Below are positions 13,650 through 26,455 of a stretch of DNA of 64,000 nucleotides, one piece after another. This stretch comes from Klebsormidium nitens (taxonomy: Eukaryota > Plantae > Klebsormidiophyceae). The position numbers and the translations under genes are program-made. Below the pieces are notes generated by a model. It did no database searches. It had not been told where the DNA came from and was given only the letters and a program-made list of their open reading frames with translations. The stretch spans positions 62,001 through 126,000 of the forward strand of contig DF237112.1 of NCBI GenBank assembly GCA_000708835.1, given 5' to 3'. Within the stretch, counting starts at the first letter, position 1; each line of letters begins with the position of its first letter.

Positions 13650-14705
13650 TTGGAGAACCGCGCCCAAAGGTGGACCTGGCAAGATGCCAAGAGGCTGGAG
13701 CTGGCTCACCTGACCATCTGCAACGTCAGCAAACGTCAAACCACTCATGACCTCCTGCGAGAGGCAATGGCTCCAAACCATGGCTGCTCGTCCACTTCAG
13801 ACAGGGGCCTCCACATGATGACGTGGATTCACCTTGGCAACGCTCGGGAAGTGGAGTCCTGGGTGAATCGGGGCCTTAGCGTTGCAAAGGACTGGAGCTG
13901 TTCTGAGCATAGAGTGCACATCATGGTCCCCGAAGATGCTGGCATCGCGCATCTGTATGCAGCTCGGCATGCGCGCACTCCCGGAAGTCTGGAGTGGCTG
14001 ATCTATGGCCTGGATAGGAGCTCGCAACTAGAGAGGGGAGGCAAGTTGGATTCGGCCATCCACCTGCTGGGCCCTAAAGATGCTCCGCCAGAGGCGGGGG
14101 TTTTGGTGTCAGTGGGGCCGCTTCCACCCTATGACTGGACAACTCGGCTTACCTCTATGCCGGACTTTGTATTGCAGAACCCTCGCTCTGCTCCCTCCCC
14201 CAGTTGGGTCCCTCACAGAGTTGTCACCCTCCCCAAAGCCCTAGCCATGGAACCCCCCTCGAGTCCACCCCAAGTTGTAACCCCAAAATTCGTGTCCACA
14301 GGCCCGTGTTCTTGGCGAAGCACGAAGAGAAGACGGGAGAGAAGCAGCAGGAGGTGCCCCTAAAACAGCTGTCAACCAAAATCAAACTTGGCAGCCAATT
14401 GACAAGCGGCCCCGAGCGGCAGATTGGCGCGTCCCCACTGCTCGAGAGCAGCCCCGAGCTCTTAGCTAAGGATTCGGATGATGATCGCGAAGGAGATGAC
14501 TGCCTCCGCAACGGTGCTTCTTGTCAAGAAGAAACTCCTCAGGCTGTTGAAGAAGTTTCCCAGCACGTGGACGACGCAAGGAATCCATGGACGTAGTAGC
14601 CCTACTCCCCTCGACCATGGCAAGCTTTTAGACTGGGCAATCGAGCTCGACCGCTTTATGACGAGCCTCTGTGCTGCTGGTCAGCCTGGAGGGGGTGACA
14701 CCTAA
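13650..14705 (+). other. Intronless orphan ORF (237 aa) with further overlapping ORFs in other frames to 14705; possibly a decayed gene or retroelement ORF1 remnant
   Basis: Long open frame 13650-14363 with a globular-looking N-terminal part and a P/S-rich tail. Overlapping ORFs 14204-14596 and 14478-14705 suggest frameshifts. No recognisable family. Confidence 0.3.
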
Positions 14706-15503
14706 TTTAAGGTGCGGAGTACAGAAAGTCGTTTCAACTCCTCTATCTATCGGAAGGCGATGACGTACTCGACGCAATCGTGCAGTGAATGCTAGCAGGC
14801 CTAGCTTTGGATCAACTTGGACAAAGAAGATGAAGAACGTTGACCCTGTATCTGAATTGTGCGGCGGGTATGGTATCATGCATTGACTGTCTACTACGAG
14901 CGCTCGTAGTAGACGCAAATCTGTCTGCGCTAATCTGTTTCAGCTTATTATTTTCTAGCTTCAACCCTTGTAGTTATCTTTCTTTCGAGAATAATCCATT
15001 TTTGTTCTGGTCCGCCCATCCCCATACGGCCCCATCATTGTTGCCTAGCTTTATACGGAGCCTTATTGGGACGAATGCTCGTGCACAAGCGGACTGAGCA
15101 TCGTAGTCCTTAGTGTCTGGTTGCAGTTCCTTTCATGCATCAAAATCAGACGTCTGAATCGTAGACGCTCTCCAGCAACGACAGGAATTGCAGGAAAGGC
15201 TTACAACTTATGATTCTCATGTTGCTTAGAATTCGCGATGAAAAGGAGCTCACTCGTATTCTACTTCACCTATACTGCTCGCTAATCATCAGCTTGAAAA
15301 CAGAAGAGGAACCACCTCTCTAATTACTTTTGAAAGAGCGTCAGGACAAAGATGTACAAAGATTAATATTCGAAGTCTCTCTGAACACAGTCATACTTTC
15401 TACCCGTCAGATGATCCTCGAGAAAAACAAGGGCTCTACTCCTCGCTCTAGCCACGTATCGGAAAATTTTCCAACCGTAATGTCTGGGGCGACCGGACGC
15501 GAC

Positions 15504-15766
15504 CTATAGAGGCCTACTCCAGTAAGTGTTATCCCGATTGGCCCCGAGTTTTCCTAGATCCCCTGGCACATGAAGAGCATCGCGCGCCTATGTTAATCGC
15601 CTGGATAGGTCGCGGTCTGGTTAACGATCACCAAAAAGTTAATGTAAGACGGTACCGAGTCTGTCCGTATGTCATCCCGTCTGATGCAGGGTCACCGGGT
15701 ATTTGTGATTGGTCCAGTTCGTGGGGCTTTCGACAGCCCTTGTTAATCGAAAGTATCTGCAAACGG
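15504..15766 (-). pseudogene. Isolated degenerate copy of YHYH gene exon 3
   Basis: Colinear with 10876-11097. Example: 'ctactccagtaagtgttatcccgattggcccc' vs 'ctactccagtaagcgtgatcccaatcggcccc'. Also shares 'ggtctggttaacgat', 'ctgtccgtatgtcat' and the acceptor 'aagtatctgcaa'. Many small insertions break the frame, and the donor is degenerate. Confidence 0.85.
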
Positions 15767-16511
15767 AACATTGATTAAACCTGTATAGGCTTGAGCCGAG
15801 AGGACTGATCTGGTCAAGCTAGGATATATAGGAGTTGATAAAATCATCAGAGAGGACGAGATTAATCATTTGATTCGATCGAGATCATGTACCCGCATTC
15901 AATTAGGGCAACAAACATATAAGTCGCTACGTTCACATGTATAGCTTCGATAGTTGCACGACCGTGGCGCTAAAATGTGGGATCGATATGTGCGGTCCGA
16001 GCCTGACGTGGTCAAATAATCTGCATTGAACTCATTGGTGCAGTGACTCTGAACGATACACAAAACCGGCGACTATAGCAATTGCGTTCAGTTGAAAGCG
16101 GTCTCCCTCCAGTCGGACTCGCGAATGCAGTGAGCTGGTACGCCTTTCAAGGACAAAGCAATTATTTGAACCATGATTGCCCTAAAGCTGGCTTTCGCAG
16201 AGTGTTTGTCACGCGAATGTGGAACCCAGATTTTGACCGTCGGTAGTGGTGTCCTTTCAGATTGAATTTTTTAGCGTGCACTTGCAAGCAGGGGCAATTG
16301 AATCGTGCAAAGCTTCTTTGACTGCATGGCCCACCTGCTTTTGACTCTGCCAAAAATTGCCTGATATGAGAGAATAGTCTATTGCTACAATAATCTACCT
16401 TCTACTCACCGAGAACGACAATCGTCCCCCGAAAGCGGGCCCTCTTCATAGAATACTAGAATGCGAGAATACTAGAATGCTATTTCACTAGAATACTGGA
16501 ATGATATCATG

Positions 16512-19500
16512 CTAGAAAGCTTTCGCGGCCAACCTGATTTGAAGCACGACATAAAACAAGATCCTATACACGACCGCAAACGCTATTAAAATGCCCACGA
16601 AGCCCCCTTTCGAAATGGGAGTGATCCCTTGTTGTTCTAACACCTCTGCCCCATCGCCTAAGCATAGGCTCCCATCTGGTGGCGAGCGAACGCAAGAGAT
16701 CCGCTCAAGTTGCTGTATCAATATTGCTTCGTAAGGATATTTAAAGTGACAGATAATGCAGCCACAGCCAATAGGAGGGCAACGCGTTGCCGTTTTGGAA
16801 GTACCCGGAGACCAGAAACAGGCCGAAGCTAACGGTGATCACCAGGCTGACTCCGATGGTGAAGCTGGGAACTAGAGAGGCGGCGAGGGAAGCAAACGAG
16901 CCGCCGACGGTGAAACACAGGAAGAGGATCAGCCACGTGTACATGAAAGCGGGGGCGCCACCTACGCGGCAAATGATAATGCACGTTGATTGTGTGGGTT
17001 ATGACAAGAATAGGAGGTAGAATCGATTGAGCCTGTAATAGAAGGGTAAGGGGATAGAAGGACCGGGAACGAAACTTTTGTGAAAACGAAAAGGGAGGAC
17101 GGAAGGAGCCGTTACGGGTGTCGCTATGTCTGTGCACAGGGAGTGCCCAGCCGTCAGATTTTGACGACGGCGCAGATTCGATCATTTTCGATCATGTAGT
17201 CTTCCTCAACCCAGAAAGGAAGAGACCCAATCGGCAGGACTGTAGTCAAACCTATACGAGGGGACCGGTAGGCCGAACAGCGGATCCAATAATAGGTGCG
17301 CTCCGCGCGTTTGCCATTTTTATTGGAGGCTTGTCAATCCCGCTAAGTGGGGCAGGCGCCCTCCAAAGCCGAAACAAGAATCTTGACCTTTTTATGGGTT
17401 CAATAATGAATTTGGGCTCCGTTTGAGACTGTGTTTCAGCAGCAAAACTGGTCAAGTTGATATTCTGGCAAGTCTTATACGGCGGGTCTCAGACGGCCGC
17501 GTGGAGACCACACCGGCCTGAAAGTGGTCCAGCTCAAGGGTAAAAAAACGAAGGCAACTCAAACAGATTGGAAAACAAAGTCCGACTAGATGAGTCTTAC
17601 CTAACAGCCCAACAATCCACCAAACCTCCAGCGTATAAATAAGCGCCAGGACGGCCGACATAGGTATACCGCTGACCGTATTGGCGATGACGTAGGATGA
17701 AACCCTGCAGGAGATCAAAACGGTTGAGAAACACTGCAAGCCGCCCTACTTCGTTCCGTCCCGACTTCCACTTTCAATAAGCGGACTCTGCTTGACTCTG
17801 CTTAACCATCCGACATGTTTTAAAGCAGAGTACCGGGATTATGCTGGCCACTCGATAACGTTTTTGGCTGCGGTCCTTTTCCTACCCGTGGATGGATGAC
17901 GTCAGCAAACCATTTTCGACGCGGGAGAGAAAGATCGAACGTCAGCCGTTGGATTTGGAGGCGCCAACGGTCATCGGGGCCAAAAACATCAAAGCAGACG
18001 CTGAGCATTTTCGTTACCATCTTACCACGAGAAATCACACGTGCATCCCTCTCAGCGAGCTAACAACGGAATTCGACGAATGACGACAGACCTTGCACTC
18101 CGGAATCTTCTGTGATTGCGACTTTCGCAAATGGCTCTTGAATGGGCCCAGCTCCAGGCCCAATAGCAATCTCGAGGACTCTTTGAACTCCAGAACACCA
18201 CCTACGGCGTGCTTCTTCGGACGCTTAAACCCAACTGCAACCGACTGTCTCACCTGTAGAGTTTCTGAAACGTTTCCTTTCCGACAATCACCCTCTCTTC
18301 GATGACATGTGGCAGCGCGTTATTGGACTCGAAATACGCGACGGCGAGACACGTGGCGACGAATGAAAAGGTGCTCCGGAGACCTTCGGGCGTGGGGGAG
18401 AGGTCCTTGAAGAGTGTGGCGACTAGGATGCCTATTCCCGTGACCTGGCGGCGGAGCGAACGTGTCAGCAGTGCACATGACTCTTTGGCTGATAGCCGGG
18501 CTGTTTACCAGACTCGAGTCTCAGGTTAGAAGACAAGCAACCAGGCTTTTAAACTGCTCGAAGGCGGGCTGCCGCCCAAGTCTGGTTATTGGACAGTTAA
18601 CCATTTTGTAACCAGCCCATAACCACGCTTGCTTAAGGGCCAAAATCTGCTGTGATGGGTCGCCGACAATGACTCACTAGGAAAAAGATCTGGTGGACTG
18701 CATGGGGCGACCAGATTCGTAGCCAGGTGAAGGACGGGCAACGAGTGAAGGAAAGAGGAACGGTCGAAATCTGGTCTCAAGGATAGCACATTGTTGCGCA
18801 AGGCAAAAGCGCTGCATATAAAGACAGCTGCTCTTCAAAGACAGCTGCTTTTCCGCCCAGATCTTCAACACGGCGAACAACTCGGTCACTACAGTCAGAG
18901 ACGGCTCAAATTGCTCGCTTGTAAGCAACAGCCTCAACACTTCAGAATGCGTTGGGAGCTACTCCTGCTGGGTAGTCTCACAGACTTGGTGGAAAAAGCT
19001 GTAGCCGAGGCAGGACTGAACATTTCTCCAGGACAACTGTGGAAACCCCGGGTCGGGTTCTTTGTTTTCGAGCTTACCAGCATGAGTCTTACGGCGAACA
19101 ACTCGGGCGTCCGCAACTGGATGAGCTGATTCCGCCAGACGAGGAGCACGACCTCCCGAACGTGCCCGTTCGCATATGCCGAGATGCGGCGGGGGGCCGC
19201 CAACGGGATTCCGTCACCTTGATCGGTGTTTCCGGCCGCTCCGGTTCCGGCAGCCATTTCCCGCCCAGCGGAGCCGTTTTCAGACTCTTTTGCCTCGGAA
19301 TCCGCCGGGGCAGCTTCCCCGAGCGCAGGCTGACTGACGGCTTTCTCGCCGGGAACGGCCCCGGGGGATCCCCCGGGCGCCTCGAGCGCCTTGTCGAGCA
19401 ACAGCTCGAGATACTCCTCAATAAAATTGCCGTAGGGGACTGCGCTATCGGGCGACTCTAAGGCGGACTTGCTTTCAGTCAAGTCGCCGGAGATTGCGGC

Positions 19501-22500
19501 CGTCTCTGGCGACCGCAGGGCGCTGATTCGGCCCGGAATGTCGCCTAGCGCCCCGGCAAACATCACCTGCGGAAACGAAGTACGGCAGGCTTGGAAGGTC
19601 CGTAAACAATCCGGACAAGCGCACGCCGAGATGCTTCGAAAAGCAGCCCTGGAAACTTACAGCTGATATTTCGCGCCGTAAAGAAAATCATTCCTTGTTC
19701 GTGGCTAAGTCTCCGTCCCTAGGTTTGGCCGGAGACCTGTAATTGTCTACGTGTCTCTGGCCGAGAAATGGTCTTGTTTTCTGCCGCTTGACATAGGTTT
19801 ACAAAAGTCCCGACTGAACAAGCGCGCAATACTCCGAGAGAAGCCCCGATTACAGGATCGCCCACAGCGCACCGGCAAAAAGTTAGGAGGCAATTTGTCA
19901 GAGATCCTGTGACTGCGTGGATAGACTAACATACTCGGAGCGACGTTGCAAGACCCTTTTTGTACGATCCAACAGCAGTTTTGCCCACAAAACCTTTCGA
20001 TCTTCTCCGCATGAACACGCGTTTTGCCAAAGTTGGACGAAACGACTCAAATCCTCAGTAAGATCACCCTTGAGTTCGACGTTTCCATCTGCTCACTTGA
20101 GCTGAGGAGAACTCAAAGGGTGAATTTCTCCACCTCTTGCCTTCATTCTCAGACTTTCCCGGATTCTCGAGATTGAAGGCGCCCCTTCTCCCAAGAGTTT
20201 ACCACCTCGGACTTCTCTTGTCTTGGATAAGCGGAGGATTTTCCTTTTGACAATTGCTTCCGTTCACATAAAAGTATGCGCGCCCCCTCACCTGGCCGTG
20301 TGCTAGAACGAGTATGTGGTCGAACATGGAGCTGATGCGCAAACTAGGCTGGTGCACTGTCATCGCGACAATGGCACCCGCACGCGCCATGGTCCGTAAG
20401 TGGCTCGCAACCTGTGACACAAAATCGACGGTTACAGTTTGTGGTCAGATTTGTGCCGGTTTGAGTAGGTGATAAAGCCTGGTCATTACCCTTCTCGCAT
20501 GCCGAGACAACCAGACTCCGGCCGACGTTTTCATTGTGAGGTTTTAATTTGATTCGGATGCGTGATCTGAGGTCAGGGAACGGGTTACGTTTCTCTCAGC
20601 GGCGATTGTTGATGAAAGTGTGGCCGTAGGATCTACTCGCAAGATAAGGATGACAGCCTTCTCTTCTTCAAGGCAAAACCTCCGGTTAGAAGACGTAGAG
20701 GATGTGCTTAAGGAGACACTAAAGGTGCGTGTTATTCTCAAACTGGGTTTTCCGACTTCGACACCGACTCAAGCTGCGGCAAAGACCACAAACGAAGATT
20801 TGAAGAAGCACCAGTCGCCGTGTTCGGGAAGGCGCGTTCAGGTGAAAAAAGCTTCAGTGAACCCCGTTAGCAGGAAATAATTGACGTAGTGCTTCACACA
20901 TGCACAAGTCGACCTGTCGCTCTCTGGGACCCTAAGCTTAAATGAGCGACACGATGCAAAGAGTGAGAGGCCTTTAAATCCCGTTGTTAGACACAAATGG
21001 CCCCGCTTTCTTTGCTGGGGCTTTGACGAGCCATCTGAACATCATCAAAAGCTTTGGCGAGCCTGAAGAGAAGCAATCATGTACAGTACAGCTAGAGACA
21101 ACGTGTTGACAAATAGCTTTGAGCGCCCTTCCATTTCTCTGACATGATTAAGGGCTGGTTCGGTACCCGCTAACCGAGATCGGTTAGGAGGGCAACCTTT
21201 CCTACGTCAACCTGGCAAAGGTGAGACCAGAGAAGAAAAGAAACATAAGTTATCCACGACTGGTTTGGTTTGTTTGCGGATGGAAAGGAAAAATAAAAAA
21301 CGTTTGATTTGTTTGTAGCAATTGCACCGAAGCTAGTGGAATCTTGAGTTTTCTGTCTGCATTTCCTCGGACATCAAAAGCGGACACGAAGATATGCACA
21401 GGGTGCAAACGAGCTAGCGCCTCAGCAGCCCAAGCATCCGCTTTCTTGGGGTGCGCTACGTCGATGGGGAAGTGGTGAAAGACAGGTCAGAGGCTGTGCG
21501 CGCAGTAAGTCGGGACCCGGTTTTAAGTACGCTGTTAGGTTGCGCAGGGAGGATTGAGTCCAGCATAGATCTTTGGAAAGAAAGCTTTCAGACGATATTG
21601 ATTTTATGATTTGGTATTGAAGAGTATATGTTCTTAGAGAAGGGGACTTCTTAGTCGGAAGGGTTCTCAAAGTCGTTTCAAGACCGTACTGAATCGGGAT
21701 CCCGATTCATAGTGGCGGATGATGGACACAAACCTTGAAAGCATGTGCACTGTCGAGTCCGGAAAGTGGCTCGTCCAACAAAATCACAGACGGCCGGTGC
21801 ACGATTCCTGCCCCGATCGACACCCGCCGCCGCTCCCCTCCGCTAACCCCCCGATTCGAAACACCGCCGATCAGACTGTTGGCAACTTCCCCGAGGCTGA
21901 GCTCCTCCAGTACCTGCGGGAGGTGTTGGTGTCAAGATATCTCGCCTGTGCGGAACTGACTGGATTTGACACCGGTCCTGTGATTGGTGGCAACCCCGCG
22001 AGGCCGCGCTCTTTTTGGAGCATTACAGCCAGCTGGTCTTAGATGCTTGGGCGCACCCTGTGAATCATTCTCTAGTTAATGATGGTTGCCGGAACTGTTT
22101 CGGTCCTCAACAATTCCGCTTCAAAGCTCAAAATGGCCTTTCAAGAAGTTTGGGAGCAAAACGGTCTGGAAAGCAGAGTTATTCAAGATGCAAACGGCCC
22201 CAGCAACGATCTCAAAGCGGGCAATCATTTGTAGGGGCAGATAAACCGGAAACGCTCGACACTGCCAGTCAATGAAACACTAGTGCGCTGAATGAGCCCA
22301 GTGCACGGAGAAGGTCACCAGGTGTCAAGGTTTCAGGTTGTGTAGGGCGCGATACAGCCAATCAGACGTTGGCACACTCTAAGCTCGCTTATGAGCTGGC
22401 GGGATCTACTTAATACTTTCAGGAGTCCCTCATGCTGTTTGCTGAAAGGCACTTTATCAAACTGACATTTGGAGTAAATTTTGTTAGGCGCCCGTGGAAA

Positions 22501-24480
22501 ACTGCAGGTCTCATCTGACCAGCAGGCCCAATATCAGTGCACCACAGACCACCGAAAGAACCCTTAGGGCTCCTGGGCTCAGCTTTGCTTCCTGGAACGC
22601 TGGAACCGACTCTTTATTAAGGCTTTTGCTGAGCGCACGAGTCAAAAACTATCAAGCCCCGCTTGCACTCATGAGATAGCGTTCCTTTTCCCAGACTGTC
22701 CGCTTCTAATAAGGAGCAGTCACACGAAATGCCTTCGCATGTGGGGCTACATGCCTGTACGGCCGCAACACAATGCAATGTGGCAATCATACGATGCCGT
22801 GCAGGCAATTGACACCATCTGTTTGTTGGGCTCTTGACGAAACACTCGATTTGTGATGCAAAGCGACTGGTGTCAAGGTCTTACCTCCTCGATGCGGCGT
22901 TGCTTCTCAGCCCATGGATCACAAGAGGGCATCTTGACTGCCGCCGCAAACGTCAGGTTCTCGCGAACGGTCAGGAACGGAAATAGGGTGTCGTCCTGAG
23001 TGACGTAAGCTGCACACGTCAGCAGGTGAGGGTGTTTAGTGGGCGGGCAAAGGTCAAGAAGCTTGTAGTTCTGGGATTCTACCCGATTTAGGACCTGAAT
23101 GCGACGGTCTTTTTGGACTTTTCCTCAGAACTAAGTACTCATTATCAAAGTGTTGCCACCTTGTCTGGCAGGAAGAAGTGGGCCTCCTCTGAGTGTGGCC
23201 CCACGAGCACTTGGCAAAAGGGGCCCTGGCCATTCCCCCCCGCATTGACAGCACTCTTTCTGACCCCGGCTTCTCGTCGACATGGTGCGGACAAGAATGT
23301 CCGGTTGGCCATGCATACTACATATAGGCCGGCGCGGTTCACGGTTAAGGAGCCACTTGCTGCCAAGGAACTACCCCTTCACAGGATTCAGAGCACCGTT
23401 TGGACAACAGACACAAGCATTCTTGACGAAATGCAGACTTGAGACATATAGAAGGTCACAAGGTGGCCAGTAACTATGGGCAGTAAATGTGGCCAGTAAT
23501 CAAGTGTCCAAGCCATCTGGCTGTGCCGGTTACCACATACACTAGACAACAAGTCAACTGAATGTTTTAGAAGGAACCTGGAAGGCAGACCATGATCTGC
23601 CCAGCTTTCACAAAGACGAGGCGCTTGAAGGACAGGTCGCTGTTTAAAGCTGAACTTCAGCTTGATTCTTCATGGATTTGTGGGCGGGTCTTTTGGGCCG
23701 GTTCAGATTCATTACATCGACCTGCTTTTTTCCTGAAACCTCGGGTGTGATCTTATCCAGGAATGAAATGAGTACAGATCTCGCTGGCATCTTCCTTAAA
23801 GCATATGTAAACGAACCCCATCTCCAGTCCCCCATCACAGGTGTGCAAAAAGGTTTGGCCAATCAATGTGACTGTTGACTAAAGCATGCCTGCCTTCTTT
23901 TGCCTGGCAAAACTGTAAGAAGGGAGTTCCATTGCACTTCTGGGCTCATTCTGGGCAGATGAGAGGGCACATTGCAAGACATCAACTTTGCCATGCACAA
24001 GATACCAATGCTGAGCTCAGGGCACATTTTCAAACCTGTGAGATCCCGGAGGCTCTCGTCAAAGGGTCGCCCATCCAAGAAGACCTTGCCCCCTCTGCCA
24101 TGAGCCCTCCCCATAAGCGCGTCGAAGAGCGTGGTCTTCCCCGCGCCACTGGGGCCCAGAATGGCTGTCAGCTCACCCCCCCGCAAAGTTCCTGACACCC
24201 CATCTAAAATGGGCTTCGTCCCCGCGCCAGGTGTCAACCCACAATGACGCCACAGTGATGCCGCCTTCTTTTTCTGTTGAGAGTTCTTGCTATCAGCATC
24301 GGCAGCCAGCTTTGATGGGATGCTCACAAAGAGGTTGTTGAAACTCAGGGTTGATGCTTTCTCAGAAGATCCCTTGGCTGAGCTCTCAACGGAGGAGGAG
24401 GAGCTGCCAGGTGTCATGCTTGCGCTGGGCATTGCTGCATTGCCTTCGATTACAGCTGTTGATGGATCTGAGGGCCCCAT
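16512..24480 (-). CDS. ABCG-type (White/WBC) half-size ABC transporter, NBD-TMD
   Basis: Approximate exons: 24480-24023 (Walker [10 protein letters not shown]), 23007-22886 ([18 protein letters not shown]), 21915-21734 ([24 protein letters not shown]), 20412-20293 (TVHQPS), 19568-19078, 18447-18253, 17704-17595, 16960-16512 ([26 protein letters not shown]). The last exon has an apparent frameshift at ~16743. Confidence 0.93.
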
Positions 24481-25058
24481 TGAGGAAACAATGCAGAGCG
24501 AGCTATGCCTCCTTATCCTTAAAACCTTTTTGACTGAGAAGCTTCGAATGTCCGAGCACTCCCCTGTGCTTAGAAAGTAACATTGATAAAGTTTCCATCA
24601 TAAAGAACACCCATTGCCATTTGAAGAGGGATTGTTAGCTCTATGGACTCACTTTTCAGTCGATTTCGCGCCAGTCATCCATGGTAATAGCATTTCGTGT
24701 GGATTCTATGGTTACTAGGTAGTATTCTATGGTATAAATCTACTACCTTGTGCTTCTTTCTTTGCTGGAAGTGATTCTAGATGTTGATCGACTGCATTAG
24801 GCTCTGCCACTCAGTCACAGTGTGTATGATGCATAATCAATATGCAGTGTGCACTGTGCACCACGTCTTTCGATCTGAATCTACCGTAGAATTGAATTGA
24901 GAATCGAGGATAGAATCCTATTTGACCGCCTAGTCGGTCGACGTGCACACTGAAGTGCACGTGGCAATACTGTGATTGGCTGCAAACTAAATAGGGTGTA
25001 CCCGAGGCCGCGAGGCGAGGCCGAGGATCTGCGGGTCGAAATGGATGACTGACGTACT

Positions 25059-25244
25059 AATTTAGGAATAATACGAGCCAGGTATAATAAGCTCCAATTA
25101 ACACTATAAATTAACCCACCAACTTACCGGTACCTGTTCCGGAGTCCGCACCCTTGCCCACCCTATTACCCCCCGACTAACCCTACCCGTCCCAGGCTGG
25201 CAAGCTCATTATACCTGCGGCCTGCCGCTTATTGCTCCTAAATT
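25059..25244. repeat. Imperfect inverted repeat (fold-back / degenerate MITE-like)
   Basis: Left arm 'aatttaggaataatacgagccaggtataataagct'. Right arm 'agctcattatacctg...ttattgctcctaaatt'. The shared complementary cores are attatacctg and tcctaaatt. Confidence 0.45.
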
Positions 25245-26329
25245 CGTCCGAGCTTCGAAATTGGCCGGGCCTACTGGTCGGCGCAACCTCAGATGTGACC
25301 ACACTAATGATGACCGTACGAGGGATACGCGCGGCCGCGCCATCCGAACCCGCGATCGGACAGGCGGCCGCCCTCTGCATGGCCGCGCCGGCGGCGGGAT
25401 TCGAGCGGGAAACTTATGTTCGCAGTCGCCCATATTCATTGAATTAGGACTATTAAACTCGGTATTGTGCATTGTTGAGCACGGGTCTCAATCGGCTTCA
25501 ATCTTTAAATACTTTTAAACACCTGATATTGTTCTTTGTCAAAACGGAGCGGCCTCCAATTTCCGGCCATTCTTGACCCCCAAACTTGTTATTTATGGTG
25601 TCGGTGCACGTGCAACTCAAATTGACTGGTTACGCTCTCCGTCGCCTTAAGTCGTTTCTCCAGTCGCGTGTCTTTTAGAACATGGTATAGAAGATCTGCC
25701 AGGCTGTACCACCTCCAGCGCTCGGGTGGAGATCGAGCTGATCGGTCTCGGTCAACAATACGCTACAGACAGGTTACTCATGCAGTGTGGGTTGGGAGTG
25801 GCAGCGGCCTAGAGCCTCTCTTTGCGCTTTTGCTGGCACAGAATACCAACCGGTGTGCAAGAGCCCAATTAAAATAAAAACTAGATTACATGTTCTCCTT
25901 CCATGGGTTCTTTCACTTCACTGTGTCACTTCATTGAGCTTCAGGAAACACCTGACTTGAGCCTAGTAGCTCAAGCTGCGGAATAGGTGACGTCCTTAAG
26001 CCAATACCTCATGTGGCCAATGCTGTCATGCATGCATGTCAAGATCGAGTTCTGATCAAGTCGAGACCGATGCTGAACAAGCCATGCTGTCTAAGTGCAA
26101 GGGAACAAACGAACAATTAGGGATGTCTGCAACATGCAGTGCATCTGACAAAACCTCAGTCAGTACTTAGTAGCTCAACCTTTGTATATACTTACTCAAA
26201 AGGTTTGTGATCCTGGCCCAAGCATGAGCACGGGCCCCGCCGCTTTCCGCACAAAGCATGTGAAAGTCAAAGCATCACCGTCCTACAGTCAATTCAACTC
26301 ATCTATCGCAATCGACCTGAACCCCGCGA

Positions 26330-26378
26330 CTCAAAATTCGATCTCGAGGGGCTCGACTATTCAGCCCCGCCCTTCTAA
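26330..26378 (-). repeat. Degenerate duplicate of the end of the M16 terminal exon in the 3' flank
   Basis: 'atctcgaggggctcgactattcagccccgc' (~26341) vs 'atctcgaggggctcaacaatccagccccgc' (~26467). The copy reads LEGRG*IVEPLEIEF* against the real LEERGWIVEPLEIEY*. Confidence 0.8.
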
Positions 26379-26455
26379 ATGAGCATGTCAAATCGCTGGA
26401 TTCACTTTCCTAAATTCGAATCAAGTCATTTGCCGGACCTGTATCTTGCACCTAG

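Noticed and set aside
14820-14930. Possible degenerate copy of the first YHYH-motif exon
   Set aside because: Only scattered 5-8 bp matches; cannot be distinguished from chance.
16448-16510. Short tandem repeat agaatactagaatgc in the ABCG 3' flank
   Set aside because: Two to three degenerate copies; ordinary slippage repeat.
19039-19461. Plus-strand ORFs of 110-140 aa
   Set aside because: Antisense to the GC-rich ABCG linker exon.
24942-24962. Partial match to the Harbinger MITE TIR (tcggtcgacgtgca)
   Set aside because: No partner TIR or TSD found nearby; the match is too short.
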